A stretch of 64,000 bases of DNA from Minisyncoccota bacterium. GTDB lineage: Bacteria > Patescibacteriota > Minisyncoccia > Phycocordibacterales > DATDSR01. Both the position numbers and the translations under genes were made by a program. The stretch lies in contig DATDVE010000013.1 of assembly GCA_036517655.1 (NCBI GenBank), positions 28,364-92,363 of the forward strand, written 5' to 3'. Positions 47,725 through 56,720 of this stretch are shown here, piece after piece (positions within the stretch are counted from its first letter, which is position 1; every line of letters starts with the position of its first letter). Below the pieces are notes generated by a model. That model was not told the origin of the DNA, searched no databases, and saw nothing but the letters and a program-made list of their open reading frames with translations.

Positions 47725-48381
47725 TTAGATGTCTCCAATAGCAAAACTATCTAATTTTTTTGATTTTTTTACTTCTAACATGAGTTGCAAAGAATCTAAA
47801 GCAAATTTCCTGTAGTCATTCGTGTTCTTAAACTGGTCAAGTATGATTTTTTTCTCACAAATAGACAAGGTACTTTCTTTCATATATTCGTCCCAACTAC
47901 TTCGCACCAACTTAGAGGCCTTGCCTCCAAGTTGGTGAACTTCTGGGTTCAGGTTCACATAAGCACTACAGTGCAGCAGGTCGTCATTGCTGAGTATTCG
48001 TCTTGCTTTAAATTTTCCTTGGTACAAAGACCCAGATCGTTTATATCTATTATTTATGTAATAGGCAAAACCTCCAGATAGTCTTCCAAGGAACATACTG
48101 ATACCGTTTTCCACTAGTTGTTTCAATATCAGATGGAAATGATTCGGATTTAAGCAATACGCGACTATTTCCACGAGTTTTTTCTTGGGTCGTTTTTTAT
48201 CAGGTTTAGCAAAAGACTGTTCATAAATGCTACCTATTGGCTCAACAACGTTAAAAAGTATTAGGCTTTCCACAAACCGATTTGAATCTAAAGGATCTCG
48301 AGTGATATCGCACCCTTCAGCCCCGCGATTACAAATGTGGTAGTACTCATCGTGAGCGAAGGGCTCCTTTCGTGATGACAT
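47725..48381 (-). CDS. REP-associated tyrosine transposase (IS200-like Y1 HUH)
   Basis: YHICNRG, AYCLNPNHFHL (HUH), G.L.Q..F, Y..LNP and SS..EY. Confidence 0.92.
   Translation of the reverse strand: MSSRKEPFAHDEYYHICNRGAEGCDITRDPLDSNRFVESLILFNVVEPIGSIYEQSFAKPDKKRPKKKLVEIVAYCLNPNHFHLILKQLVENGISMFLGRLSGGFAYYINNRYKRSGSLYQGKFKARRILSNDDLLHCSAYVNLNPEVHQLGGKASKLVRSSWDEYMKESTLSICEKKIILDQFKNTNDYRKFALDSLQLMLEVKKSKKLDSFAIGDI
47905..47937. repeat. REP-like palindrome inside the RAYT CDS
   Basis: CACCAACTTAGAGGC-CTT-GCCTCCAAGTTGGTG, encoding HQLGGKASKLV. Confidence 0.85.
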
Positions 48382-48394
48382 TGGTTTAATCTAA

Positions 48395-48419
48395 CACTTG
48401 GAGGCAAGGCCTCCAAGTG
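48395..48419. repeat. REP-like palindrome upstream of the RAYT gene, opposite orientation
   Basis: CACTTGGAGGC-AAG-GCCTCCAAGTG. Confidence 0.85.
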
Positions 48420-48476
48420 AGCTATGCACATGTTGTCCACAGCAACTTGCATGTCGCTAGATGATAAACTAACTGT

Positions 48477-49805
48477 ATGAAATGGAGGTTCTTGCTGCTC
48501 CTGCCACTACTCCTCTCGCCAATTTTTATCACCTCTGCTGTATCTGACTCTATCACTAAACTCGTATTCACGAGTGAACCTATCACAGTTGCTCCGAATG
48601 AACTTTCTTCGCAAATTACTGTACAACTTCAGAACAGTTTGGGCGCGAGCGAGGAGACTTCCGAGACAGTAGATGTTCTCTTCACAAGTTCATCCGCCAC
48701 CGGAGAATTCTTGAATAGTTCAGGTAGCACTGTGACCAAGACGATGTCCACGGGCACAGCCAACAAGAATTTCTATTATCGAGATTCAAGTGCCGGCACG
48801 CACACAATTACTATTATGGCCACTGGCCGGGTGAGCGGATTTAGCGTGAGCACAAGCCAGAGTATTGTGGTCGGGAACAACACAGGTAGCCAAGTCCAAG
48901 GAACGTCAACTTCGAACTCGGTAACCCCAGTCCAGATAGGCGGGTCCTCTGGCGGGGTCTGGGGCAGCGGCGAAGAAGAGACAGACGATTTCTCTGTGAG
49001 TATTGGCAAGAATCGGACCGGCTTGGTGGGCGTGCCAATCTATTTCACCGCCACTTTATCCCCGCGCTCTTACGAGGGCGAGGCGGAGATTATTTGGTCC
49101 TTTGGGGACGGCGTTGGTGCTCTCGGCGCCGCCTCTCACCATAGTTTCTTGTTTCCAGGCGACTATGTTGTTGTCGCCCGAGCTCGTGTGGGCAGCGAGT
49201 TTGCCACTGCAAGAATTATCGTCAGAGTTCAACCCCTGGGCGTCTCTATTAGTGAGGTTACGCCGGGCTCCGAAGGTTACATTCTTATTTCGAACAATTC
49301 TCCCACGGATGCACATCTGGGTAACTTCTCTCTCAATAAGAGTGCTCAAGTCTTCAGGTTGCCACAGGACTTCGTGATTATGCAGGGGGCAAGTTTGCGT
49401 CTGTCTGCGCTGGTGTCTGGCATTAATCCCAAAGGAGGCGATATGGTGGAGTTGCGTAACCCATCGGGCGAAGTTATGTCTACGTATATACTCGATGAGC
49501 CTCAAGTAGAACTCACAGACACTGCGAGTATTAGTGGCGAAGAGACGAATATAGATTTGCAAGAATTGCAGGTTTCGCTTGCGTTACTAGAGCAGACGGC
49601 CCTTGCAATGAAATCTGTCAGTAAGCAAGTTCCACTCACGATTTCTGCAAAACCCGCAGATCCTGTTGGCCAAGCCCGGGAAGTTGAAAAACTATTTGAG
49701 CCAAAGAGTGCTACCATTGTGATAGAGCGAAAACAGAATTTCTTCGCCAGATTCCTTGCTCTCCCAAGACTAATTATTGGTAACGTGGTCGAGGCCTTCA
49801 AATAA
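48477..49805 (+). CDS. Secreted protein with PKD and lamin-tail-like domains
   Basis: Signal peptide; WSFGDG..H.F..PGDY (PKD); ISEV..YI.I.N. Confidence 0.75.
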   Translation: MKWRFLLLLPLLLSPIFITSAVSDSITKLVFTSEPITVAPNELSSQITVQLQNSLGASEETSETVDVLFTSSSATGEFLNSSGSTVTKTMSTGTANKNFYYRDSSAGTHTITIMATGRVSGFSVSTSQSIVVGNNTGSQVQGTSTSNSVTPVQIGGSSGGVWGSGEEETDDFSVSIGKNRTGLVGVPIYFTATLSPRSYEGEAEIIWSFGDGVGALGAASHHSFLFPGDYVVVARARVGSEFATARIIVRVQPLGVSISEVTPGSEGYILISNNSPTDAHLGNFSLNKSAQVFRLPQDFVIMQGASLRLSALVSGINPKGGDMVELRNPSGEVMSTYILDEPQVELTDTASISGEETNIDLQELQVSLALLEQTALAMKSVSKQVPLTISAKPADPVGQAREVEKLFEPKSATIVIERKQNFFARFLALPRLIIGNVVEAFK

Positions 49806-49807
49806 TT

Positions 49808-49909
49808 ATGAAATATTTTGACGAAACTTTCTGGAAGATGGCCTTAGGCTTCCTGGGACTAATTATCCTCGGCGTTGTCTTTGTAGTTGCGGCCGGAGCC
49901 AGTTTCTGA
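49808..49909 (+). CDS. 33-aa small membrane protein (below the ORF-track cutoff)
   Basis: MKYFDETFWKMALGFLGLIILGVVFVVAAGASF*, starting 2 nt after the upstream stop. Confidence 0.55.
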   Translation: MKYFDETFWKMALGFLGLIILGVVFVVAAGASF

Positions 49910-49921
49910 TATACTTCTCTT

Positions 49922-49992
49922 GTTGCAAAGACGATAGGCATCCATAAGTCCTATCCAGCGGTCGATTGCGGCTTCAAGCTGCATTTTGCATT
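49922..49992 (+). promoter_or_regulatory. Putative L10 leader RNA
   Basis: AAGACGATAGG..TAA..CCTATC..GGTC pattern between TGATATACT (49907-49915) and rplJ. Confidence 0.55.
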
Positions 49993-50032
49993 TAACCTAA
50001 AACCTAGTACCTATAACCTAATACCTAAGTTA

Positions 50033-50521
50033 ATGCCAAAGACACGAAAACAGAAAGAAGAGAACGTAGAATCTCTGACGCAGGCTCTCAAGAGCGCAAG
50101 TAATGTGACCTTCACCACTTTCAATAAACTGAAAGTCGTAGACGAACGAGCCTTACGCAAGAACTTGCGAGAATCTGGATCAAACTACACTGTAGCCAAG
50201 AAATCACTCTTAGCTCGAGCCCTCAAAGTTCTGGGTTTCGAGACGCCAGAATACGAAGGCCAGGTAGCCCTTGCTTATGGAGCTGATGCTGTGGCTCCGG
50301 CCAAGAGTGTTGCCGAGTTTGCAAAGAAACACGAAGGTGTAATGAGCATTCTGGGGGGCATCTTCGAAGGCAAACTAGTTGACGCTGTGAAGATGAAAGA
50401 GATTGCAGCAATCCCACCGCGGGAGACGCTACTTGCCATGCTTGCCAATGTTCTCAATTCGCCAATGCAACGCATAGCTATTGCTATTGATGCAGTAGCC
50501 AAGGAAAAAATGAAAAAATGA
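50033..50521 (+). CDS. rplJ: 50S ribosomal protein L10
   Basis: LRK.LR, VAKKSL..RA and IA.IP.RE.LLA.L motifs; upstream of rplL. Confidence 0.95.
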   Translation: MPKTRKQKEENVESLTQALKSASNVTFTTFNKLKVVDERALRKNLRESGSNYTVAKKSLLARALKVLGFETPEYEGQVALAYGADAVAPAKSVAEFAKKHEGVMSILGGIFEGKLVDAVKMKEIAAIPPRETLLAMLANVLNSPMQRIAIAIDAVAKEKMKK

Positions 50522-50571
50522 GCAAATGTGCAATTTGCAAACAATGAATTAAATGAATTAATTACAAAAAC

Positions 50572-50931
50572 ATGGATGACATACTAAACAAAATAGAGAA
50601 AATGAGTGTGCTCGAGCTCAATGACTTGGTCAAGGCAATCGAGACTAAATTTGGAGTTAGTGCCCAAGCAATAGCAGCTCCCGCCGCCGCTGGAAGCTCC
50701 GGCGAGGTAATAGAGGAGAAAACAGCTTTCAACGTGCACTTAGCAAGCGCCGGTGCCAACAAGATTGCGATTATTAAAGTGATTAAAGAGGTCCTTAATT
50801 TGGGGCTTAAAGAAGCCAAAGACTTAGTTGATGCCGCGCCCTCTGTCGTCAAAGAAGGCATGAAGAAAGAAGAAGCCGAAACCTTGAAAGCGAAAATCGA
50901 AACCGCCGGGGGTAAGGTTGAGCTGAAATAG
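50572..50931 (+). CDS. rplL: 50S ribosomal protein L7/L12
   Basis: KFGVSA, KIAIIK and [10 protein letters not shown] motifs. Confidence 0.98.
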   Translation: MDDILNKIEKMSVLELNDLVKAIETKFGVSAQAIAAPAAAGSSGEVIEEKTAFNVHLASAGANKIAIIKVIKEVLNLGLKEAKDLVDAAPSVVKEGMKKEEAETLKAKIETAGGKVELK

Positions 50932-50979
50932 CCTCCGTACGGAGGCTTAACCTTCGCGAAGGTTAAGCCTTCGGAAAGG
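50930..50979. repeat. Chain of overlapping palindromes after rplL
   Basis: AGCCTCCGTACGGAGGCT, AGGCTTAACCT-TCGCGA-AGGTTAAGCCT and CCTTCGGAAAGG. Confidence 0.7.
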
Positions 50980-51047
50980 AAGAGATATAGAGGGTCCCGT
51001 GGATAGACGCGCAAGCGTGCCATGGAGCTCTCTGCTATAATTCTCGC

Positions 51048-51614
51048 ATGTCTGCAAACGGGGTGCTTGATAAGCTTTTGGGAGGGCCCGCAAGAGTGCG
51101 TCTCTTGCGGCTTTTCCTTCTCAATCCGGATACCACTTTTGGGTCCAATGTTATAGGTAGCAAAACTAAGGTCAAGGGAGCTATACTCCGGCGCGAGCTG
51201 CTGGCTCTTCGGGCGATTGGTTATGTCAGGAAATCTGGCAAAGGGCTCAAGCTCTCACGCTCCTTCGAATTCCTATCGCCTATGCGCGAGCTCTTGCTTT
51301 CTACGGAGCCTTTCCGCGATGATGAGATTATAAACAGATTCAAGAAGGGTGGTTCTATTAAGTGCATCGTTGTCTCCGGACTCTTCACCCAGCAACCAGA
51401 GTCTAGGGTAGACATATTACTTGTAGGAGATAGGCTCAAACGCAAGAAGATTGAGCGTGCTCTCAAGGATATGGAGAGCGAGGTTGGCCACGAGCTCTCG
51501 TATGCCATCTTCGAAACGCAAGAATTTAAGTACAGATTAGAGGTTTACGACAAGTTTATCCGCGACATCTTCGATTATCCCCATAGGGTCCTTATTGACA
51601 AAGTAGGGCTCTAA
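51048..51614 (+). CDS. Winged-helix plus nucleotidyltransferase-like fold protein
   Basis: L.G..RV.LLRLF N-terminus; SG.F.....VDILLVGD. Confidence 0.65.
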   Translation: MSANGVLDKLLGGPARVRLLRLFLLNPDTTFGSNVIGSKTKVKGAILRRELLALRAIGYVRKSGKGLKLSRSFEFLSPMRELLLSTEPFRDDEIINRFKKGGSIKCIVVSGLFTQQPESRVDILLVGDRLKRKKIERALKDMESEVGHELSYAIFETQEFKYRLEVYDKFIRDIFDYPHRVLIDKVGL

Positions 51615-51634
51615 AATCTTGTTATAATAATAGA

Positions 51635-54600
51635 ATGAAGAGGCTCTTACTTTTTTCGGCCTTTACTGTCTTTGCTGTTGCTCTATTTGCTGGCAGAGCT
51701 TATGCCTTGCCCACCGCTTATCTTGGCTATGAAGGCCAGCTCACCAACTCCTCCGATACAGCCCTGACGGGGAGTTACGATATTACCTTTAAGCTTTATT
51801 ATGTTTTGTCTGGAGGCACAGCTATCTGGACAGAGACCCACACTGATCTATCTGTCTCAAGCGGTTATTTTGCCGCCACTTTAGGTTCCACAACGCCCTT
51901 TTCGAATATAGATTTCCGCAACCCTCTTTACCTTGGTATCACTGTCGAGTCTGATTCGGAAATGTCACCCAGACAATTGATCCATTCAAGTGCCTATAGT
52001 CAAACTGCTTCTACCACGCTCTCTGTTTACGCCACTACCACCCAACCCACCAGCGCCTCGGGTGGTAGCGTCTACTACAACGCCACTGACGGCCGGGCCT
52101 TCATATACGACGCGGTCAATTCTGCCTGGCGACGTCTTGGCCTTTGGGCCACCACTACCACCGGTGCCGCATATTATAACGACGGTCGTGTTGGTGTGGG
52201 CACAACTTCTCCGGGTGCGACTTTCTCGGTGCAAGGTGACGAACTAATCTCTGGCACAAGTACCGTTGGCAACCTAGTCGCCACAAGTTCACTAAAAATT
52301 CTTGGCACAGCTACGTCAACCGGAGCGAACGGTTGGGATATAACGGGCGGCTGCTTCGCAATAAACGGCGTCTGTATCACCGGTAGTTCCGCCACTGACA
52401 TCACTTTCTCCACAACCTCAGCCGACTACTGGAAGACCGTTAACAATTTCTTTTCCACTACTTCGGCTGATTATAATTTTGAGATAGCTGTCTCTGCCAC
52501 AAGCTCCTTGCCCAAACTTTCCACTCTTGCAGGCCTTGTTACCCTCGGCTCAAGTACAGCAACCACCACTGCCCTAGGTCACTTCGGCATCACGTCTAAT
52601 TTCTTGGTCAGTGGTTTCAGTTCCCTAACCAAATTTGGCGCCACAAACGGCACAAGTACTACCTTCCAAACCTCCAATCTGGGTGTGGGTACTGATTACC
52701 TGACCGACATCACCGGTACTGGTCTCTCGATCGTGGGTGGAGTCCTCAACTGCGCCACCGCTTCTCCCCTTACAATTGGCTGCCTCTCTACCACCGACTG
52801 GACTCTATTCAACAACAAAGTCTCCTCCACTTCTATAGATACTTCTGCTGAACTTGCTGCACTTCTTACTGACGAATCCGGCAGTGGCGCTTTTATCCTT
52901 GATTCTTCGAACCTTCCTTCTAAATGGGCCACCTCGACCGGTTCGACTACTGCGATTATCCCAAGTGGCGGTGATTCTATCAGTTTGGGTATTGGCACAA
53001 GCACTCCCGGCTCACGCCTGTCAGTGGGTGGAGTTGCTAACTTCAGTGCAGCAACTTCGTCATTTTATTCTAGTGGCGGTATTGATCTTGCAGCCGGCTG
53101 CTTCGCTATAAACGGCACTTGCCTCACTGCCGGTGGTATCACGGCGAGTCAGATTGCGCAGAGCAAGTGGGCTACGTCGACTACAGACTCGAGTGCTATC
53201 TACTCTGCCGAAGCAACCAAAGTTGGTATTGGTACTAGCTCGCCATACGCTGCTCTCTCCGTAGTGGGCGCATCGGGCGTAGTGGCTGATCGCTACACGG
53301 CCACAAGCACGGCTACGTCGTCAGACTTCCAGGGTTTGTTTGCCACCTTTGCCACTACCACTTCACTCTTTAGTACCACTGCTTCAACTACCAATTTGTA
53401 TGCTGATACCGCAAGTCTTGCTTCATCTACAATATATTCTCTCAACCTGCTCGGTAGTGGCACAACTACAGCTTTCAACGGCATCAATCTCACTAATGGC
53501 TGTTTCTCGATCAGGGGGACTTGCGTGGGTGGGTCCTCATCATCTGGCGCCCCTTCTAATTCCAAGTGGTCAACTTCAACAGACAACGTTTCGATTTATG
53601 TTAATGCTGCGACTAACGTGGGTATTGGCACAAGTTCGCCATATACTACCCTTGCCGTCTCCGGTTCTGTCATTCTTGATTCAAATTCGATTACGTTCGC
53701 ATCAAGCTCTGCTACGTCGCTCACCATCAACTACGGTGTTTCCTCAACGTCAACTATTCCGGTAACTAAGTGGAACGCTTGGTCTATTGCAACCTCCACT
53801 ACAGCTCTCTCTATTTTTAGCATTGATACTATAGGTCCGTATGCAAGTTCAAGCTTCGCTGGTAACTTCGTAATTGACGGCGGCAGATTAAGTCATGATG
53901 CAAGCACTGGCGAAACCTCGATCGTTAACTTGAGCACCGGACCGCTTAACTTTGAAGACGGGGCTGGCTGGGTCTCGTGGACTAATATTGCCGCCACGAG
54001 CTCAGCCACGGCTGATAACGACGTACAGGCCTACACTGCCCAACTGGGGAGCAACGACGTGCTCACTATCTACGGCCAAGCTGATGGCCCGAGTAACGGC
54101 GCCATTGATACCTTGCGCACAATTATTGGCACCACCACGGCCACACTCATGAGTTCGACTAACATTCCCTATAACTCTCTTATAGTCTCAAACTCTGCCT
54201 TGTGCGTGGGCAATACTTCCGCTGGTAACTGCACGGAATTTGCCATGAAGCGTGGTCAGATTGTGGGTTGGGGTGGAGGCATCTTTATGGCAAGCTCCAC
54301 GGGCATAGTAGGTGTCGGTACCACTTCTCCATACGCCACACTTTCTGTGGTGGGAGCATCGGGTGTTGTGGCAGATAAATACTTTGCCACATCTACGCGC
54401 GCCACAAGCACCTTCATGGGTGGTGTAGAGATCGGCACAAGTACGGCACCCAAAAATTGGAAGCTTACAGTCCAGGGCGGCGTGTGCATCACGAGTGGTA
54501 ATACTTGTCCCGACGTTGAATCTCCCGGCGGCCTGACTGTTGATACGGCTGATGCAACACCGGACGCAGATGACATAGGCGAAGTCTTCGACGTGGCCGA

Positions 54601-55363
54601 GCGCTACCTAGCCAGCGAAGAAGTGAGCGCTGGCGAAATAGTAGCTCTTGATCTTGAGGCAGAAAAGAGCGCAACAGTTAAGCGAGCGACCGAGGGAGAT
54701 GTGCTGATAGGCGTAATGTCCACTGCACCCGCGATTGCTTTCAACGGTCCAAGCTTGACCCTCGGTCCTGACAGAGAAGCGACAAGCACTAAACCCCTAG
54801 TTGCCCTAGTTGGTCGCGTGCCGGTCAAAGTAAACGTTGAGGGCGGCGAAATCAGAAAAGGTGACAGGATATCAGCGAGCAGTGAACTTGGGATAGGAAA
54901 AAAAGCTTTGCCAAGCGAGCAATCTGTCGGCTTTGCTCTTGAGAACTGGCCAAACGTAGACGATCCAGAGGATGACACGGTGCTTGTGTATGTTAAGTTA
55001 TCAGATACCGATACTCACAGAAACTCAATTGAAACTAGTGGAAACTCGTTGTCGGGAGATAAGGGAAGTAGATTAGATATGTCCGGTTGGGGCATAAACA
55101 GCGAAGGCGAACTGGTAGTTAAGAGAATAAGGGCCAAAGAATTGTGCCTGGGTAGTACATGTATTACAGAATCTGATTTGAAAGAGATCCTGAATAACCG
55201 ATCAACTGAAACTGATGGAAGTTTATTGCCGGAACCAGAAGTAACTCCCGAACCAGAGCCGGAAGTAATTCCTGAACCGGAGCAAATTGAACCGATTGAG
55301 GAAGTCGCATCTCTGCCTGAACCCGAAGAACTCACCGAGACAGTAGAGCCAATAGTAGAATAG
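51635..55363 (+). CDS. Tail-fibre/adhesin-like surface protein with a C-terminal autocleaving chaperone-like (peptidase G2/S74-type) domain
   Basis: Signal peptide; repeated VGIGT.SP and GCFAING.C; DVAERY..IGVMST.P..VALVGRVPVKV; PEPE tail. Confidence 0.75.
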   Translation: MKRLLLFSAFTVFAVALFAGRAYALPTAYLGYEGQLTNSSDTALTGSYDITFKLYYVLSGGTAIWTETHTDLSVSSGYFAATLGSTTPFSNIDFRNPLYLGITVESDSEMSPRQLIHSSAYSQTASTTLSVYATTTQPTSASGGSVYYNATDGRAFIYDAVNSAWRRLGLWATTTTGAAYYNDGRVGVGTTSPGATFSVQGDELISGTSTVGNLVATSSLKILGTATSTGANGWDITGGCFAINGVCITGSSATDITFSTTSADYWKTVNNFFSTTSADYNFEIAVSATSSLPKLSTLAGLVTLGSSTATTTALGHFGITSNFLVSGFSSLTKFGATNGTSTTFQTSNLGVGTDYLTDITGTGLSIVGGVLNCATASPLTIGCLSTTDWTLFNNKVSSTSIDTSAELAALLTDESGSGAFILDSSNLPSKWATSTGSTTAIIPSGGDSISLGIGTSTPGSRLSVGGVANFSAATSSFYSSGGIDLAAGCFAINGTCLTAGGITASQIAQSKWATSTTDSSAIYSAEATKVGIGTSSPYAALSVVGASGVVADRYTATSTATSSDFQGLFATFATTTSLFSTTASTTNLYADTASLASSTIYSLNLLGSGTTTAFNGINLTNGCFSIRGTCVGGSSSSGAPSNSKWSTSTDNVSIYVNAATNVGIGTSSPYTTLAVSGSVILDSNSITFASSSATSLTINYGVSSTSTIPVTKWNAWSIATSTTALSIFSIDTIGPYASSSFAGNFVIDGGRLSHDASTGETSIVNLSTGPLNFEDGAGWVSWTNIAATSSATADNDVQAYTAQLGSNDVLTIYGQADGPSNGAIDTLRTIIGTTTATLMSSTNIPYNSLIVSNSALCVGNTSAGNCTEFAMKRGQIVGWGGGIFMASSTGIVGVGTTSPYATLSVVGASGVVADKYFATSTRATSTFMGGVEIGTSTAPKNWKLTVQGGVCITSGNTCPDVESPGGLTVDTADATPDADDIGEVFDVAERYLASEEVSAGEIVALDLEAEKSATVKRATEGDVLIGVMSTAPAIAFNGPSLTLGPDREATSTKPLVALVGRVPVKVNVEGGEIRKGDRISASSELGIGKKALPSEQSVGFALENWPNVDDPEDDTVLVYVKLSDTDTHRNSIETSGNSLSGDKGSRLDMSGWGINSEGELVVKRIRAKELCLGSTCITESDLKEILNNRSTETDGSLLPEPEVTPEPEPEVIPEPEQIEPIEEVASLPEPEELTETVEPIVE

Positions 55364-55397
55364 TCCTCAGAAGAATGATAAACAAAGTATTTAATAA

Positions 55398-55427
55398 TTC
55401 GATTTCCCCCTTGCGGGGGAAATCGAA
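55398..55427. terminator. 13-bp-stem hairpin
   Basis: TTCGATTTCCCCC-TTGC-GGGGGAAATCGAA. Confidence 0.6.
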
Positions 55428-55617
55428 ATTCAATATCACTCACACGCCCTTGTTGATTGACTGTCTAATCCTAAAGGATTTTGACCAAGGCTTTTGTGGT
55501 GTGAGTGTCTGCGTGGACTGTCACGAAACGTGGCGATCCCATTTCGGCATGAGCCCTTGGCAGAACGGTTCCTCAATGCCTATCGGACCTACAATCATGT
55601 CCGAATTGTATTGATAC

Positions 55618-56181
55618 ATGATATCAAACCCAAAACCGATGTCAAACCCAACAATCAAAGATAAAAAACCAATCAGGCTTAGGGGTAAGACCATTGTCTA
55701 CGTTGATTGGGCAAATGTTTATGGCTGGAGCAAATCGCTTAAGAAAGAAATAAGTTTAGAAAAGTTATTCGCTTATTTCAGGATTTACGATGGGGTCGAG
55801 GATATTCGTCTCTATTTTGGCGAGGATGTTAATCCTAAGTCAAAAAAGTTTTTGGTTGATGCCAGAAATATCGGATACACTGTTGTTAGTAAAGAAGTAA
55901 AATATATTGCCTCCGGCAAGATCGAAGGACAGGTGATACATAGAAGAAAATGCGATTTTGACATGGAAGTTAGTATTGACGTCCACAAGGCTTTGGCCGG
56001 AGGAGTTGAGGGCTTCGTCTTTTTGACCGGGGACGGTGACTTCGCGCCTCTCTACGAGATGTTAATTGCCTTACGTAAACAAGTGGTGGTGATATATACT
56101 AAAGGTCATATTGGGAGAGAAGTGTGGGCTATTAGTAAGGGCATTTTTAAGGCGCAATTAAAGAATATAGTGGATCTATAA
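55618..56181 (+). CDS. NYN (LabA/DUF88) domain ribonuclease
   Basis: YVDWAN, KCDFD.E..ID and TGDGDF motifs. Confidence 0.9.
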   Translation: MISNPKPMSNPTIKDKKPIRLRGKTIVYVDWANVYGWSKSLKKEISLEKLFAYFRIYDGVEDIRLYFGEDVNPKSKKFLVDARNIGYTVVSKEVKYIASGKIEGQVIHRRKCDFDMEVSIDVHKALAGGVEGFVFLTGDGDFAPLYEMLIALRKQVVVIYTKGHIGREVWAISKGIFKAQLKNIVDL

Positions 56182-56266
56182 AAGATCATCCCCCCGATTT
56201 CTCGGGGGGCGTGATTAGATAAAGCATATCATTCCCAAAACCCATGTCAAGCCCTAAAAACACAGA

Positions 56267-56330
56267 AATATCAGGATACTACGATATCAAGATATTGAGA
56301 TACTAATAAAAACTGCGATACTTAGATACT
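56267..56330 (+). repeat. Octamer array (GATACTNN), left arm
   Basis: About 7 degenerate units ending immediately before ATG 56331. Confidence 0.85.
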
Positions 56331-56720
56331 ATGGCGGAGAAGAAAAGATATATACAGCTAAAAGATCTAGAGGTTTATAAACACGCAAGAGAGCTCTCGA
56401 GACTTGGTTGGGAGATGTATAAATCCTTCGACTGGCAGACAAAGAAGGTGATCGGAGATCAATTTATCACAGCAACTGATTCTGTGGGAGCTAATATTGC
56501 AGAAGGCTACAGCCGTTACCATTATCTAGACAGAATAAAGTTTTTCTACAATTCCCGAGGCTCGCTTGCCGAGGCGGCTGACCACTGGTTGGCCATTCTC
56601 CATGAACGAGGTAAAATAGATGATAAGCAACACGAAGCATTTGCTTTGATTGCCAGCAGGGTGTCGTTAAAACTCCAGAACTTCATCAATGCAATATATA
56701 AAACCAAAAACAGCGAGTAA
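56331..56720 (+). CDS. Four-helix-bundle protein (23S-rRNA-IVP / bAvd-like family)
   Basis: DLEVY, DQ....DSVGANIAEGY.R and F.Y.SRGSL.E motifs. Confidence 0.92.
   Translation: MAEKKRYIQLKDLEVYKHARELSRLGWEMYKSFDWQTKKVIGDQFITATDSVGANIAEGYSRYHYLDRIKFFYNSRGSLAEAADHWLAILHERGKIDDKQHEAFALIASRVSLKLQNFINAIYKTKNSE

Noticed and set aside
55375-55614. 79-aa ORF before NYN
   Set aside because: Runs through a terminator-like hairpin and has no protein-like features.
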